A stretch of 64,000 bases of DNA from an uncultured Elusimicrobiales bacterium (GCA_944324095.1 CALUUY010000001.1:9599-73598); one strand, 5' to 3'. Shown: positions 29,183-39,561, numbered from the stretch's first letter. The notes: a model not told the origin generated them from the letters alone. Numbers and translations are program-made.

Positions 29183-31486
29183 TTATTTAACGCCTGGCGG
29201 CGGGGGCGGCACAGCGGCTCCGCCCGGGGTCTGCCCCGGCTTTAATATCGGTTTGCCGTTTTCATCAAAAGGCACCGCATTTTTGGTAAATACTTCCTCC
29301 GGCAGAGGAACCCCTTTTGCTTTAAAATCATTAAAGAAAGACGGTATATTACCGGTGGGAGCAAAAAAGCCTTGTACTTTGCCGTTTTCGTCCACACCCG
29401 TCTGTACATAACGGAACAAATCCACCGACTGAATTTCATTATTTTTCTGGCCGGTCATTTCCGTAATATACGTTACTTTTCTGGACCCGTCCGAAAAACG
29501 AGACAGCTGCACAATCATATTCACAGCCGAGGAAATCATTTCCCGAATGGCAAAAATAGGTAAATCCGCCCCCGTCTGCATACACATTGCTTCCAAACGA
29601 GATAGCCCGTCGCGCGGAGTATTGGCGTGAATAGTGGTTAAGGAACCTTCGTGACCGGTGTTCATCGCCTGTAACATATCCAATGCTTCGCCGCCGCGGC
29701 ACTCCCCTACTACAATGCGGTCAGGACGCATACGCAAACAGTTCTTTACCAAATCCTGAATAGTAATAGCACCTTTGCCTTCTACGTTTGGCGGACGGCT
29801 TTCCAAAGACACCCAGTGCGGCTGCTGCAAACGAAGCTCCGCCGTGTCTTCCACCGTAATAATACGTTCGTCATTAGCAATATAGCCCGACAACGCATTT
29901 AAAAAGGTCGTTTTACCGGTACCCGTACCACCGCATACAATAATGTTTTTGCGAATGCGTACGCATTTTTCCAAAAAGTCCATACACTCCCGGCTAATTG
30001 TTCCAAAACGGAAGTAATCTTCCGGGCCAAAGGGTTTTTGCGAGAAACGACGAATGGTCAACGTAGGGCCGGAAACCGCCAACGGCGCAATAATGGCGTT
30101 TACACGGGAACCGTCTTTTAAACGCGCGTCCACCAGCGGGACGGATTCGTCAATACGGCGCCCTAAAGGCGATACGATACGCTTAATAACCTGTACCACT
30201 TGTTCATTATTGCGGAATTTGTATTTAGTAAGCGTTAATTTACCTTTTTGTTCAATAAAAATCTTGTCAAACGCGTTGACCATAATTTCGGTAACGCTGG
30301 GGTCGCGCATTAAGTTTTCCAACGGCCCCAAGCCCAAAATTTCGTCCAACAATTCCGAGCTAAAACGCATACGCTGCTCGCGCGAAAATTGTAAATTGGG
30401 CTGTTTTTGTAAAATATCGTCCACAATCGCAGCCACGCGCTTGCGGGTTTGCTCGCTGGAGGAACTTTCTTCGCTGATAACAATGTGTTCAATTTCCAGC
30501 GTACGGACGACTTCTTTATGTACTTTTTGTTTTAAATCATCCCAAAAAGACATCTTTGTCTTATTGGCAGGAGATTCTTCTTCCGCCGCAAAGTGAGAAT
30601 CCGCCGCTTTTGTTTCTGCACTTTGGAACAACACCGGGCTCCAAATCTCTTTAGCGGCTTGGGTAAATTCTTCATCCGAAACTTCCGCCACCCAATCTTT
30701 GGGGGCAGGTTTTAAATCCCTGATTTGGGCTAAAATTAAGCGCAAGCCTTTTATCCACTCGCTCTGCGGGTTAACGATGATTTCTATCTCACGCCGGTTA
30801 GAAGAGGCCATAATGCCTTCGTCCCACGGCAGAAAAACGTCAATATTGCGCCCCAGTAACGAGGTATAAACCCGCTCCATCTCTTCATACGGAATAGAGC
30901 CGGGGGTATCATAAGCATTGCAAATTACGTTGATGCGATCCAACGGATAGCGCTGTTCTTTGTAATCATTAAAAAGTTGAATAGTGGAGTTTAAATGAGA
31001 ACGCGTGGCGTGCGTGACCCAAAACACTTTATCGGAAATGTCAAAAGCAAACGCCTGCATAGGAAAGCTGGAATCCACATCCAGAAAAATATCAAACGTT
31101 TGAGACAGACGCGATAAAATAGGAATCAAAATTTTAGGGCTGATGCTAGCCACCTGCGCACGGGTGTTACCCAAAGGCAAAACCCCCACCCCCCACTGAG
31201 ACATAGAGATTTTACCGCGCAAAAGCCCCCCCACCACCGCTATATTGGTGTTACCCAGCGTGCGTAAAATATCCGCCACGCTGACGGGCTTCTTAATGTT
31301 TAAATAAAAACTGTGTTCTTGCCGGGCTAAAGGATCCAGCGGAACAATTAGAACAGGCCTCTTTTGAATACCAGCCCACCCCAGCGCCAAATTGAGCACA
31401 AGGGTAGTCTTCCCCGCGCCTTCCTTCGGCCCGGAGAAAGTGATAATCTTCGCATCGGTTTTTAAAGCAGAATCCTGTTCAGCCAT
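29183..31486 (-). CDS. tadA: TadZ/CpaE-TadA/CpaF fusion ATPase
   Basis: N-terminal MinD-like '[12 protein letters not shown]'. C-terminal CpaF 'GGTGTGKTT', '[15 protein letters not shown]', '[15 protein letters not shown]'. Likely start ATG 31486. Confidence 0.93.
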   Translation of the reverse strand: MAEQDSALKTDAKIITFSGPKEGAGKTTLVLNLALGWAGIQKRPVLIVPLDPLARQEHSFYLNIKKPVSVADILRTLGNTNIAVVGGLLRGKISMSQWGVGVLPLGNTRAQVASISPKILIPILSRLSQTFDIFLDVDSSFPMQAFAFDISDKVFWVTHATRSHLNSTIQLFNDYKEQRYPLDRINVICNAYDTPGSIPYEEMERVYTSLLGRNIDVFLPWDEGIMASSNRREIEIIVNPQSEWIKGLRLILAQIRDLKPAPKDWVAEVSDEEFTQAAKEIWSPVLFQSAETKAADSHFAAEEESPANKTKMSFWDDLKQKVHKEVVRTLEIEHIVISEESSSSEQTRKRVAAIVDDILQKQPNLQFSREQRMRFSSELLDEILGLGPLENLMRDPSVTEIMVNAFDKIFIEQKGKLTLTKYKFRNNEQVVQVIKRIVSPLGRRIDESVPLVDARLKDGSRVNAIIAPLAVSGPTLTIRRFSQKPFGPEDYFRFGTISRECMDFLEKCVRIRKNIIVCGGTGTGKTTFLNALSGYIANDERIITVEDTAELRLQQPHWVSLESRPPNVEGKGAITIQDLVKNCLRMRPDRIVVGECRGGEALDMLQAMNTGHEGSLTTIHANTPRDGLSRLEAMCMQTGADLPIFAIREMISSAVNMIVQLSRFSDGSRKVTYITEMTGQKNNEIQSVDLFRYVQTGVDENGKVQGFFAPTGNIPSFFNDFKAKGVPLPEEVFTKNAVPFDENGKPILKPGQTPGGAAVPPPPPGVK

Positions 31487-31490
31487 AGTC

Positions 31491-32237
31491 TTATTCCACA
31501 ACCTCTACCGTTACAAACAGGAACAAAGAGCGCTGGTCTTCCGTAACGTCTTTGCTCTTAAAGAATAAACCAATTAACGGCAAGCGCCCCAAAAACGGCA
31601 CGCGGTCTTCCGACACGTTGCGGCTGCTGCTTTTTAAACCGCCAATTACCAAGGTTTCACCGCTGTTGAGTTCCACGTGGGTTTGAACTAAACGCTCCAA
31701 AATGGAATAAGAGGTGGAAGTACCAATCATAATCGCACGGGAATAGTCCGGCTGGGATACTTTTAACTCAAGCTGCAAGTCAATAATATTGCCGCGTTCC
31801 GGGATAATGGTGGGCGTTACGTTTAATAATACCCCGTATGTTTCCATCTGCGTACCCACGGCACCCTGGCTGTTTACCACCGGGTACGGAATACGCCCCC
31901 CAACGGAAATATTGGCCTGGTTGCCGGAGCTGGTAACAATCTTAGGATTGGACAAAATTTGCGCACGACCCTCGGTTTCCATAAGTCTTAACCGGGTGGC
32001 TACCGCCGTTTTGCGTTCAAAATCGCCCAAGGAGAAAATGCCAGGTATGGCAGCTTCTTCAAAATCAAAGATTTGGTTCCAAGCAAAACCTTTTACCGAA
32101 CTCATGGAACCGGCAATTTCAACCACGTCTGCGCTAACGGACACCAAACGGGTCTTCTTTGCATGGGCGCACGGGGCGACCATGGCCAATAAAAGCACGG
32201 CTGCAGAAATCTTAGTAATAAAGTTTGTTTTTATCAT
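31491..32237 (-). CDS. Minimal secretin (RcpA/CpaC-like)
   Basis: Signal peptide directly followed by the secretin domain: 'GRAQILSNPKIVTSSG', 'GVLLNVTPTI', 'GETLVIGGL', 'VPFLGRLPLIGLFFK'. Confidence 0.9.
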   Translation of the reverse strand: MIKTNFITKISAAVLLLAMVAPCAHAKKTRLVSVSADVVEIAGSMSSVKGFAWNQIFDFEEAAIPGIFSLGDFERKTAVATRLRLMETEGRAQILSNPKIVTSSGNQANISVGGRIPYPVVNSQGAVGTQMETYGVLLNVTPTIIPERGNIIDLQLELKVSQPDYSRAIMIGTSTSYSILERLVQTHVELNSGETLVIGGLKSSSRNVSEDRVPFLGRLPLIGLFFKSKDVTEDQRSLFLFVTVEVVE

Positions 32238-32249
32238 GATGATTCCTAT

Positions 32250-33002
32250 TTATTGAAATAATTTGTCAAATGTGGCAATTTCCATTAAGTAGTTGGTACC
32301 ATCGCCAGGAGAACGCAAGATAACGGAAATCTTACCCTGTTCCTGGGCTAAAGCCAAATACTGTGCATCACGCGGAGAAAGCGCCAAAGACAAGGTGGAG
32401 CTATCCGTATAAGCAGCGGCTTCTTCCTCTTTGCTCTTTAAACCGGAAGCACCTTTGGCGTCCAACCCTTGGCCTAAGTTGCCCCCTACACCCAATACTT
32501 TAATGTTTTGCAACAATGTTACCGTTACCGTCTGTTGAATATTATTTTTCATCATAGCGGTAAAAGTTAACAAAATATCTACGTTGTCATCCGGCTTAAT
32601 CATGGCCGCTGCGGCGGCATCTACCTGAATAACAAAACCTCTCATTCTGGCCGGTATTTTGCTAGATAAACCTGCTTCCGGAGACAAAGAAGTAATGGCA
32701 TATTTAGAAATTTGGTTCCCTTTGGGGATTTGTACACGGGCCACGGCGTTTTCCACCATTTTAAAGTCAGCATCGGTAGAATAGGTTAACGCGTCTTTTT
32801 GTACATATTTAGCCGGTATCGGCACCCATTTTATAGCGTCACGTTTAATAACCTCACGCTCTTTAATGTCCCGAATGGGTACAAAAACACGCTTAATGAC
32901 TTTGTCATTTTCCAACTTGCTGGAAGCACTATTTACAATCACCAAGTAAATCAGCGCTGCACCAAGCGCCACTATAAACGGCAAGAATACTCCTTTTTTC
33001 AT
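32250..33002 (-). CDS. cpaB: Flp pilus assembly protein CpaB/RcpC
   Basis: TM, SAF domain 'VFVPIRDI', 'IKPDDNVDILLT', 'LLQNIKVLGV', 'GKISVILRS'. Confidence 0.92.
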   Translation of the reverse strand: MKKGVFLPFIVALGAALIYLVIVNSASSKLENDKVIKRVFVPIRDIKEREVIKRDAIKWVPIPAKYVQKDALTYSTDADFKMVENAVARVQIPKGNQISKYAITSLSPEAGLSSKIPARMRGFVIQVDAAAAAMIKPDDNVDILLTFTAMMKNNIQQTVTVTLLQNIKVLGVGGNLGQGLDAKGASGLKSKEEEAAAYTDSSTLSLALSPRDAQYLALAQEQGKISVILRSPGDGTNYLMEIATFDKLFQ

Positions 33003-33038
33003 ACAGTCTCCTTAAAAACGCTGTTAATTAATAAAAAT

Positions 33039-33527
33039 CTATAATTTATCCGTACTGGCGTACATCTTTTCAACCGGCATTCTGGCCTCTGTTTCAATTA
33101 TACGTATCCCTAGACGACGCGGTTTACTGGCCAAAAGAAAACTCGTCCCGGGAAAAATTAATTTTACAGGATATTTAACCCCCACCACGATGTCTTGGTG
33201 TCTGTGCGGGGAATATAACGGATCCCGGCCCGTTGTTTCCATCCTTACACTTACTTTAATCTGATCCCCAGCTGCACCAAATACCCGGCGCTTTGCCTGA
33301 GTTATTTTTTGCTGCACCGTCCAGTTATTAGGCTGGCCGCTGGGTTCCTTTACGGCTACCATTGCCCCTATACGGGCAAATTCATAAGAGGCGTGATTGG
33401 CTAAAAGCGTGTGGTAAGCTATATTGCCGTATTCTAAAATAAAGAATACCATCAGCATAAATACCGGCAATATAAATATTAATTCTACCGCTACCTGCCC
33501 GCCACGCCTCCTATGAAAGATTTTCAT
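33039..33527 (-). CDS. TadE-like minor pilin
   Basis: 'RRGG|QVAVELIFILPVF', 'HASYEFARIGA'. Confidence 0.88.
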   Translation of the reverse strand: MKIFHRRRGGQVAVELIFILPVFMLMVFFILEYGNIAYHTLLANHASYEFARIGAMVAVKEPSGQPNNWTVQQKITQAKRRVFGAAGDQIKVSVRMETTGRDPLYSPHRHQDIVVGVKYPVKLIFPGTSFLLASKPRRLGIRIIETEARMPVEKMYASTDKL

Positions 33528-33542
33528 ATTTGCACCTAAAAA

Positions 33543-33767
33543 CTACTCAATGCTATCTACGCTGCCCAAGATTTTGGATTTGACCTTTTCAAACACGTCA
33601 GGCATCATCCCTTTAACCAGGCCGCCCACTAACAAGGCCACACCCACTACCACCGTTAACATAATGATGTATTCCACGGTGTTCTGCCCTTCTTTCTTTT
33701 TCAAGCAAGAAAAGGCGGCTGCTTTTACGGCATTTAATCTATTTTGCAAGGCAATAACCAACTTCAT
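33543..33767 (-). CDS. Flp pilin (likely the major pilin)
   Basis: 'KEG|QNTVEY' plus hydrophobic helix; strong GGAGG upstream. Confidence 0.88.
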   Translation of the reverse strand: MKLVIALQNRLNAVKAAAFSCLKKKEGQNTVEYIIMLTVVVGVALLVGGLVKGMMPDVFEKVKSKILGSVDSIE

Positions 33768-33793
33768 CTGTTCCTCCTGAACTACAAATCAAT

Positions 33794-33979
33794 TTAATTT
33801 CCGTCGTACACTTCCAAAATCACTTTTGCCCCTTGTTCAAATTGCTGAGGCACTATGTGAGAATAAAACGCATAAAAAGCCAAAAATGCACTAAACAAGG
33901 CCGCTGCAGTAATTACGTATTCAATAGCGGTCTGCCCTTTGCGATTATGAATAGTATGCGTTTTTTCTCCTTGTTTCAT
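33794..33979 (-). CDS. Flp-like pilin
   Basis: 'RKG|QTAIEY' plus hydrophobic helix. Confidence 0.82.
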   Translation of the reverse strand: MKQGEKTHTIHNRKGQTAIEYVITAAALFSAFLAFYAFYSHIVPQQFEQGAKVILEVYDGN

Positions 33980-33982
33980 ACA

Positions 33983-34948
33983 TTAGAACTGTATGCCTAC
34001 CGCTATCTGTTGAGAAGTTCCCAACGCACCAAACGGTGTTACGGCATAATCAATGGACGCACCATATCCAAACAATTCAGAGCTGTAAATACCAAACCCA
34101 AAAGATACTTTGGAGGTTTCATCCAAACCTAAGCTCTTTAAAGTTTCACTGTCACTAATACCGGTATTATCACGCGTATAATACCCAACGCGCAAATCAA
34201 ACCGAGCAACAGACAGCAAATCTTCCGGAATATGAACTTCCAACCCGACGCCGTAACGCACGTCATCGTCTTCATAGTCCATCCATTCACCGGAAACGGT
34301 AAAATACCGGGTATTTAAATCCGCCCCTAAACGTACGCCGCGGGGCATATCTTCGCTGTCGCCAATGTTCACCACCGCACCGCCTAAACCCAGCCAATTG
34401 ACTAAGCGCAACTTGGCACCTACGTCAAAACCTACACTGGTGTAGCGGTTAGTGTCTAACTTTTCATTAATGTATTTAGCGGTACCGCCAATTTGCAGTT
34501 TTTGATCAAAAAAACCGCGGGCTAACGATACGCTGCCTACAAAGTTTTGAACCGGATTAGCACCCGACCATTGCGGACGCCCTTCTTCGTCACGGTAATC
34601 AAAGCCACCCATATCCATATAGTTAAGCGTTACGCCCAAGATGGTCTTGCCAAGCGGCTGCAAATACGCCAACGTGCGGGATTTGTAGCCTTGCAAATAA
34701 TCCAAATAGGAAAATTGCAACTCACGCGACGTGGCTGACGCAGCCCCTGCCGGGTTCCAGAACAACGCTTCCGGACCCTCCGCAATAGACACATAGGCAT
34801 TACCCAAAGCCTGCGCACGCGGAGAACCAGCGTCAATCTTTAAAAACTGGCTGCCGCTGGTACCGGCCCAATCGTCAATGGCGTAAGCCGGAACATGGAA
34901 TAAACCGGCGATTAAACAAACGGCTAAAAGTTTTATTTTTATATTCAT
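33983..34948 (-). CDS. PorV/PorQ-like (UPF0164/FadL-like) outer-membrane beta-barrel
   Basis: Signal peptide; 'FLKIDAGSPRAQALGNAY...ALFWNPAG'; amphipathic strands; 'DYAVTPFGALG' and a terminal Phe. Confidence 0.82.
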   Translation of the reverse strand: MNIKIKLLAVCLIAGLFHVPAYAIDDWAGTSGSQFLKIDAGSPRAQALGNAYVSIAEGPEALFWNPAGAASATSRELQFSYLDYLQGYKSRTLAYLQPLGKTILGVTLNYMDMGGFDYRDEEGRPQWSGANPVQNFVGSVSLARGFFDQKLQIGGTAKYINEKLDTNRYTSVGFDVGAKLRLVNWLGLGGAVVNIGDSEDMPRGVRLGADLNTRYFTVSGEWMDYEDDDVRYGVGLEVHIPEDLLSVARFDLRVGYYTRDNTGISDSETLKSLGLDETSKVSFGFGIYSSELFGYGASIDYAVTPFGALGTSQQIAVGIQF

Positions 34949-34962
34949 AAATCTTTTCTACC

Positions 34963-37900
34963 TTACGGAACCAAGATTTTTACCACTTTTTGGCAATGTT
35001 CACGCCCGTTTTGGGCCTTGAAATCTACCAACCCGAAATACACCCCGCGGGCTACTTTCTTGCCGTGCTGGTTGGTTTTATCCCAACGGCAACGCAGGGC
35101 CGCATTGCGCACATTGGCAAAAGAGTCATCCGCCACCGTACCGCTGATGTTATTATCCGGGCTGAATTCTAACGAAGAACCCATTGTAACGGTATAGTTG
35201 TTTGCGTCCACACAGGTGTAGCCGCTGTCGCGTATCAACGTACCAGACAAGGTAAACAACTTAATAGACATTGTACCCGGTACCGGCATCTTGGTAACTT
35301 CCAACGTACCGTAAGATTGGCGCAACGGGTTTGGATAGAAGAATACCGTCTTCTCCCAGTCCTCACACACAAAGCGGCCATCACCCACAGCCACCGTGGC
35401 TTTATGCAACGTCTGATACTGATACGTGTCCGCTACATAGTTGACTTTCCAGTCCGTAGAATCTGTCGAGCTGTCATCACCAGGTAAAATTTCTCCGGTA
35501 ATGGTGTCTATATCGGCCGAGTTAGTGGCCGTTACAAAGCGGAACGGATAGGTTCCATCCGGCACTTCCTGCTGGGCATAATCGCGGCCGTCCCACTCTT
35601 CGGTAATAAGCGTGGTGGACGGGCGGATACCCACAATCGTGCGCACCAAAACCTCGTTAATGTCCTGCACTTCTTTACCCGTGGCGGGGTTACGCAAGGT
35701 ACCTTTTTCATAATCATAAATAGTGGTACCCGGCTTAAAGATTTGGATAGCAACTTTCATCGGAACGGAAAGCTGATAACTTATCGGTATTACCTGCCCG
35801 CGGGTGGACTGGGCATAACCATCCACTTCGGCCAAGTCGAACACCTGCAATAAATCTGCATTGAGCGTAAGGCTCTTGACCGTTTCCTGATACAAGTTTG
35901 CATCCGGATAGTTCTTGGCAATTAAACGAACTTCATACACGGCAGACTTAACGTAATAACCATTATCATCTGTACCATCCCAATATACTTTATGGATAGC
36001 ATTGGCATTAAAGTTGCCCGTATCCAAGATGGTAGTAGAAGACAGATGTTTACATACATCGCCCACCGCATTATTTTTGGTGCTGCCATCCGTTGCAGAA
36101 GTGGTGCACACATTGGGTTTCAATGCAATAATCTCCACATCTACCGTAGCCGCACGGGACACCGCAAAATTTACTTCATACGGAGGAACAAATACCGTAC
36201 CGCTAGAGGTGTTAAACAGCTGAGGCTGATTGGGATACACAGCCGTAGAACCTTCCAAGAAAAACACTGGGCCGCGGGTTACATTAATGCGGGAATTGGG
36301 TTTTTCCGTAGCATAAATGTAATCTGCCTGCTGCACATCGGCTTTGGTTTTAAACGGCTCGCTGACGGCATAATCATAATCAGTATTATCCGCACCCTTT
36401 GTATAAGCCCGATCGGCATAATATAAAGATACAGGCTCATTAGAGCGGGCAGAAATATAGAACGGATACTGGCCGTCCGGCACCATTTCATACGCACAGG
36501 CTTTAATGTCGGTTGCCCCTTGGCACTGTTGAGAAGAAGGATTATAGAAATACAAGGCATCCCATTCTTCCACAATGCGGGCCCCTTCACCCGGGCGAGT
36601 GGAGCTGGCATCAAAGGTTTTAATAGGCTGCAAGCGAACATCCAACTCCGTATAGTTGGCGTTAGCCGGGTAATTGGTAAAAGAGGTGTCATTTACATAG
36701 ATACATTTTTTACCCGTAGAAGCCACTTTGGCCGGATCTACATAACCGTTGGTCATTATATCGGTATCTTGTTTATTACATACCCGAGGCGGCCACACAG
36801 CCAAATCCCTGATATTCGTAATAGTTGTTGTAATAACAGTATAAGCATTTTCAGTTTTACAGTTTCCAAGGTCTGTATCTGTTGTACCAGCACACAGCGT
36901 GGCTAAATCTGTTGCTGAGGTTGTAAGATATTCCTTCTGGGTAATTGTTACTTTAACAACATTATTATTATCCATTGTGGACGAACTTTGTGTTACATCA
37001 CCCACCTTAACCCCAGTCGGTAAAGAAGATAAGTAGGATTTTTCGGGATCAGATATAGTAGAAGAGGTTCCCGAATAATTAAACACTGGAATCACCACAT
37101 CTTTATTATAGATGTTTACTTGAACATTCATTGCCTTGGACAAATAATAACTAATAGTTGCCTTGGCTTCGCTGTCTCCATATACATCCGTAGTACCAAC
37201 ATCTACCACGTGATACAAATCCACCGGGAATACGGCCGTAGCTGTGGTTTGCATTTCCGGGAACATAGCGTCTTTAGAAGTTACAGCAAACACATAAGTT
37301 CCAGGGCCTACCATACGGCCGTCATCATCACGCCCGTCCCAACTTAATGTATTAATCTGCTGGGCTACACCGGAGGTACCTTCTTCCGGCGTAAGCATTT
37401 TGACCGTTACACCGGCAGAGTTCTGCACACTGGCAACAGCCACCGCATCGCGCGATAAAATGTATTTAAAAATGAACGGATCCAAGCCATACGCTGTAGG
37501 GCTGGAACCAACCGTGGAATAGCTGACCGGCTGAATAGTAATGTCCACAAGCCCCCGCTCAATAGGCATTGTGCCTACTAAGTAGTTGGTGGTTTTAACC
37601 GCATCATACGTTACGCCTGCCGCATTTTTATAAGACTCCTGGTACGGTATTTCCGCCCATAATACATATACATAGTTGCCATCCGGTAACGGCGCCCCAT
37701 TAAAAAATTGTTTATTATCCAAAGAAGGGATAGGGGTGGGATTTCCGCTAACAGGGCAAACCTCCGTATTTGTACAGGTTCCGTTCCACTTAGTGGTATA
37801 AGTGGCGCGGGAACCGCGTTCCTCTACGGAAGAATACAACAAATATCCCGTGGGTACAGCAGACTCACCTGAACCCGTTGTAGCAATTACCGGCCCTTGT

Positions 37901-39561
37901 GCCGTACCTGTAGAAGAAGTAAACGTAGAATTAAACTGAGTGCCCGGCGAATACACCTGGAAATACACCTTAGAGGCTTCCGTAGGCACATATTTAATGG
38001 TGGCATACGCTGTGGATTGTTTATTTAAACCGGAAACCACCACGTCCGTCAATTTCAACGGGTCTAAAGAGAGTTGACGGGTTACCGCACGGGAAAAGTC
38101 CACCTCCGGCCATTCGTCTTGAGATTTAGCCTGAATGGATACTAAATAGTTACCCGCAGGCAACAGGCGGCCTCTATCGTCGCGTCCGTCCCAAGAGTCA
38201 AACTCCACTAACTGCTTATCCGAAGATTGACCTTTCATCCCTTCGCCCAAGCGCGGCTGCCAATCCACCAACAGACGGCGTAAATGATCAATACTGAAAT
38301 TGACCTCTGAAGGGTTTTTGCCCGTATCGGTAGAATTATAAACTAAATCCGAAGGATTGGACGCATCATAAATAGCAATACGCACATTGGAATCTTTACT
38401 TAAGCGATAGGCCAAAGTATAGGGCTGGGCAGACACAGAGGTAATGTCCCCCACCACAGTAGGCGTGCTGCGCACGGTGTGCACGTTGGTAACGTCTATC
38501 TGTATGGGAATTTGGTTTTCCCCCGGGTACGGAACAGAAGAGTTAATGGTGATTTTATCTACGGTAATATTGTCGCCGGGAACATCGCTCTGTACCGTGG
38601 CACGGAAACCATATTGGCCGTTCATTTTGCCAAATTCACCGGCAATTTCGTAAGAACCGTCCCACCCGGCGCAGAATTGCATAGCTTCCCCGTATTCTGC
38701 CCCGTTATTATCAAAAATTACACAGTTGGTAGAACCTTTTGTGCCACCATAAGTAGTTGAACAACATTGGTTATAGGTGGTATCCTTTTCGTCACATTCT
38801 TTAAAATTAAAACACCCGGCAGCCTGTCTCTTTTCTGCGGTCATACCGGCGCACTGGGTAGGAGATACAGTGGCCCCATCCCCCACACACCAAGAAGAAG
38901 AACGCTCTCCATTACAATAGTATATAGCAGACGGACAAGTTGTCCCGCTCTGAGCATCAAAACAGTGGTAAGAACCGCAAGTATAATCTTGAATAGCACC
39001 CGTACTGCCAGACCCTGCACCCGGGTACATGGTAATGGTGCGAAGAGGAGGGGTGTCATTCTCGCTGGAAATATTTTTGCCGTTTTCGTATTTAATAATG
39101 TCAAACTTAATGGTTTGCAGCGGGAAAGAAATGGAGTACGTACTCATAGCCATTGGCTTATTAGAGCAATACACCTCCATACACAAACCTAAGCAGTGGT
39201 TAGGATAGTTATTTCCCGCGGTAGGGCTTGGATACGGCTGGTCATATTCAATTAAGGCAGAGTTTTCCCACGGATCTGCATAGTTGGAGCTGGTACCGTT
39301 ACCATTTTCAATATTAGTAGATACAAAACTGCGATTATCCGTAGAAGTTCTTGTAAACGTATTACCCCAATTGCAATAAACCTGTTCTATGGGAGCATTT
39401 TCATCAGTTTTGGTATAAAATACCCCGGCAAATTTTACGTCTGCCTGAGCTTGCCCAAACACTGGGAAGGCCGTCAATACAAAAAACAAAGGCAAAGCCG
39501 CCAAAAAGGCCACTTTACCAAGTAAAAATTTCCACATTTTCTTATTTATATTTGTGTTCAT
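34963..39561 (-). CDS. Giant exported protein (1532 aa) with FlgD-Ig-like repeats and a T9SS-CTD-like C-terminus
   Basis: About 8 'WDG.D..G..(V/L)P.G.Y' repeats. Last domain 'FFYPNPL...RWDKTNQHGKKVARGVYF...KVVKILVP'. Signal peptide present. Confidence 0.82.
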   Translation of the reverse strand: MNTNINKKMWKFLLGKVAFLAALPLFFVLTAFPVFGQAQADVKFAGVFYTKTDENAPIEQVYCNWGNTFTRTSTDNRSFVSTNIENGNGTSSNYADPWENSALIEYDQPYPSPTAGNNYPNHCLGLCMEVYCSNKPMAMSTYSISFPLQTIKFDIIKYENGKNISSENDTPPLRTITMYPGAGSGSTGAIQDYTCGSYHCFDAQSGTTCPSAIYYCNGERSSSWCVGDGATVSPTQCAGMTAEKRQAAGCFNFKECDEKDTTYNQCCSTTYGGTKGSTNCVIFDNNGAEYGEAMQFCAGWDGSYEIAGEFGKMNGQYGFRATVQSDVPGDNITVDKITINSSVPYPGENQIPIQIDVTNVHTVRSTPTVVGDITSVSAQPYTLAYRLSKDSNVRIAIYDASNPSDLVYNSTDTGKNPSEVNFSIDHLRRLLVDWQPRLGEGMKGQSSDKQLVEFDSWDGRDDRGRLLPAGNYLVSIQAKSQDEWPEVDFSRAVTRQLSLDPLKLTDVVVSGLNKQSTAYATIKYVPTEASKVYFQVYSPGTQFNSTFTSSTGTAQGPVIATTGSGESAVPTGYLLYSSVEERGSRATYTTKWNGTCTNTEVCPVSGNPTPIPSLDNKQFFNGAPLPDGNYVYVLWAEIPYQESYKNAAGVTYDAVKTTNYLVGTMPIERGLVDITIQPVSYSTVGSSPTAYGLDPFIFKYILSRDAVAVASVQNSAGVTVKMLTPEEGTSGVAQQINTLSWDGRDDDGRMVGPGTYVFAVTSKDAMFPEMQTTATAVFPVDLYHVVDVGTTDVYGDSEAKATISYYLSKAMNVQVNIYNKDVVIPVFNYSGTSSTISDPEKSYLSSLPTGVKVGDVTQSSSTMDNNNVVKVTITQKEYLTTSATDLATLCAGTTDTDLGNCKTENAYTVITTTITNIRDLAVWPPRVCNKQDTDIMTNGYVDPAKVASTGKKCIYVNDTSFTNYPANANYTELDVRLQPIKTFDASSTRPGEGARIVEEWDALYFYNPSSQQCQGATDIKACAYEMVPDGQYPFYISARSNEPVSLYYADRAYTKGADNTDYDYAVSEPFKTKADVQQADYIYATEKPNSRINVTRGPVFFLEGSTAVYPNQPQLFNTSSGTVFVPPYEVNFAVSRAATVDVEIIALKPNVCTTSATDGSTKNNAVGDVCKHLSSTTILDTGNFNANAIHKVYWDGTDDNGYYVKSAVYEVRLIAKNYPDANLYQETVKSLTLNADLLQVFDLAEVDGYAQSTRGQVIPISYQLSVPMKVAIQIFKPGTTIYDYEKGTLRNPATGKEVQDINEVLVRTIVGIRPSTTLITEEWDGRDYAQQEVPDGTYPFRFVTATNSADIDTITGEILPGDDSSTDSTDWKVNYVADTYQYQTLHKATVAVGDGRFVCEDWEKTVFFYPNPLRQSYGTLEVTKMPVPGTMSIKLFTLSGTLIRDSGYTCVDANNYTVTMGSSLEFSPDNNISGTVADDSFANVRNAALRCRWDKTNQHGKKVARGVYFGLVDFKAQNGREHCQKVVKILVP

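Noticed and set aside
17152-33979. Absence of a prepilin peptidase (TadV) as a sign the locus is defective
   Set aside because: All frames are intact, and prepilin peptidases are often encoded elsewhere and shared.
34963-39561. Flagellar hook-cap (flgD) gene or a complete T9SS
   Set aside because: FlgD-Ig-like repeats occur in many non-flagellar proteins, and no flagellar or T9SS core genes are in the window.
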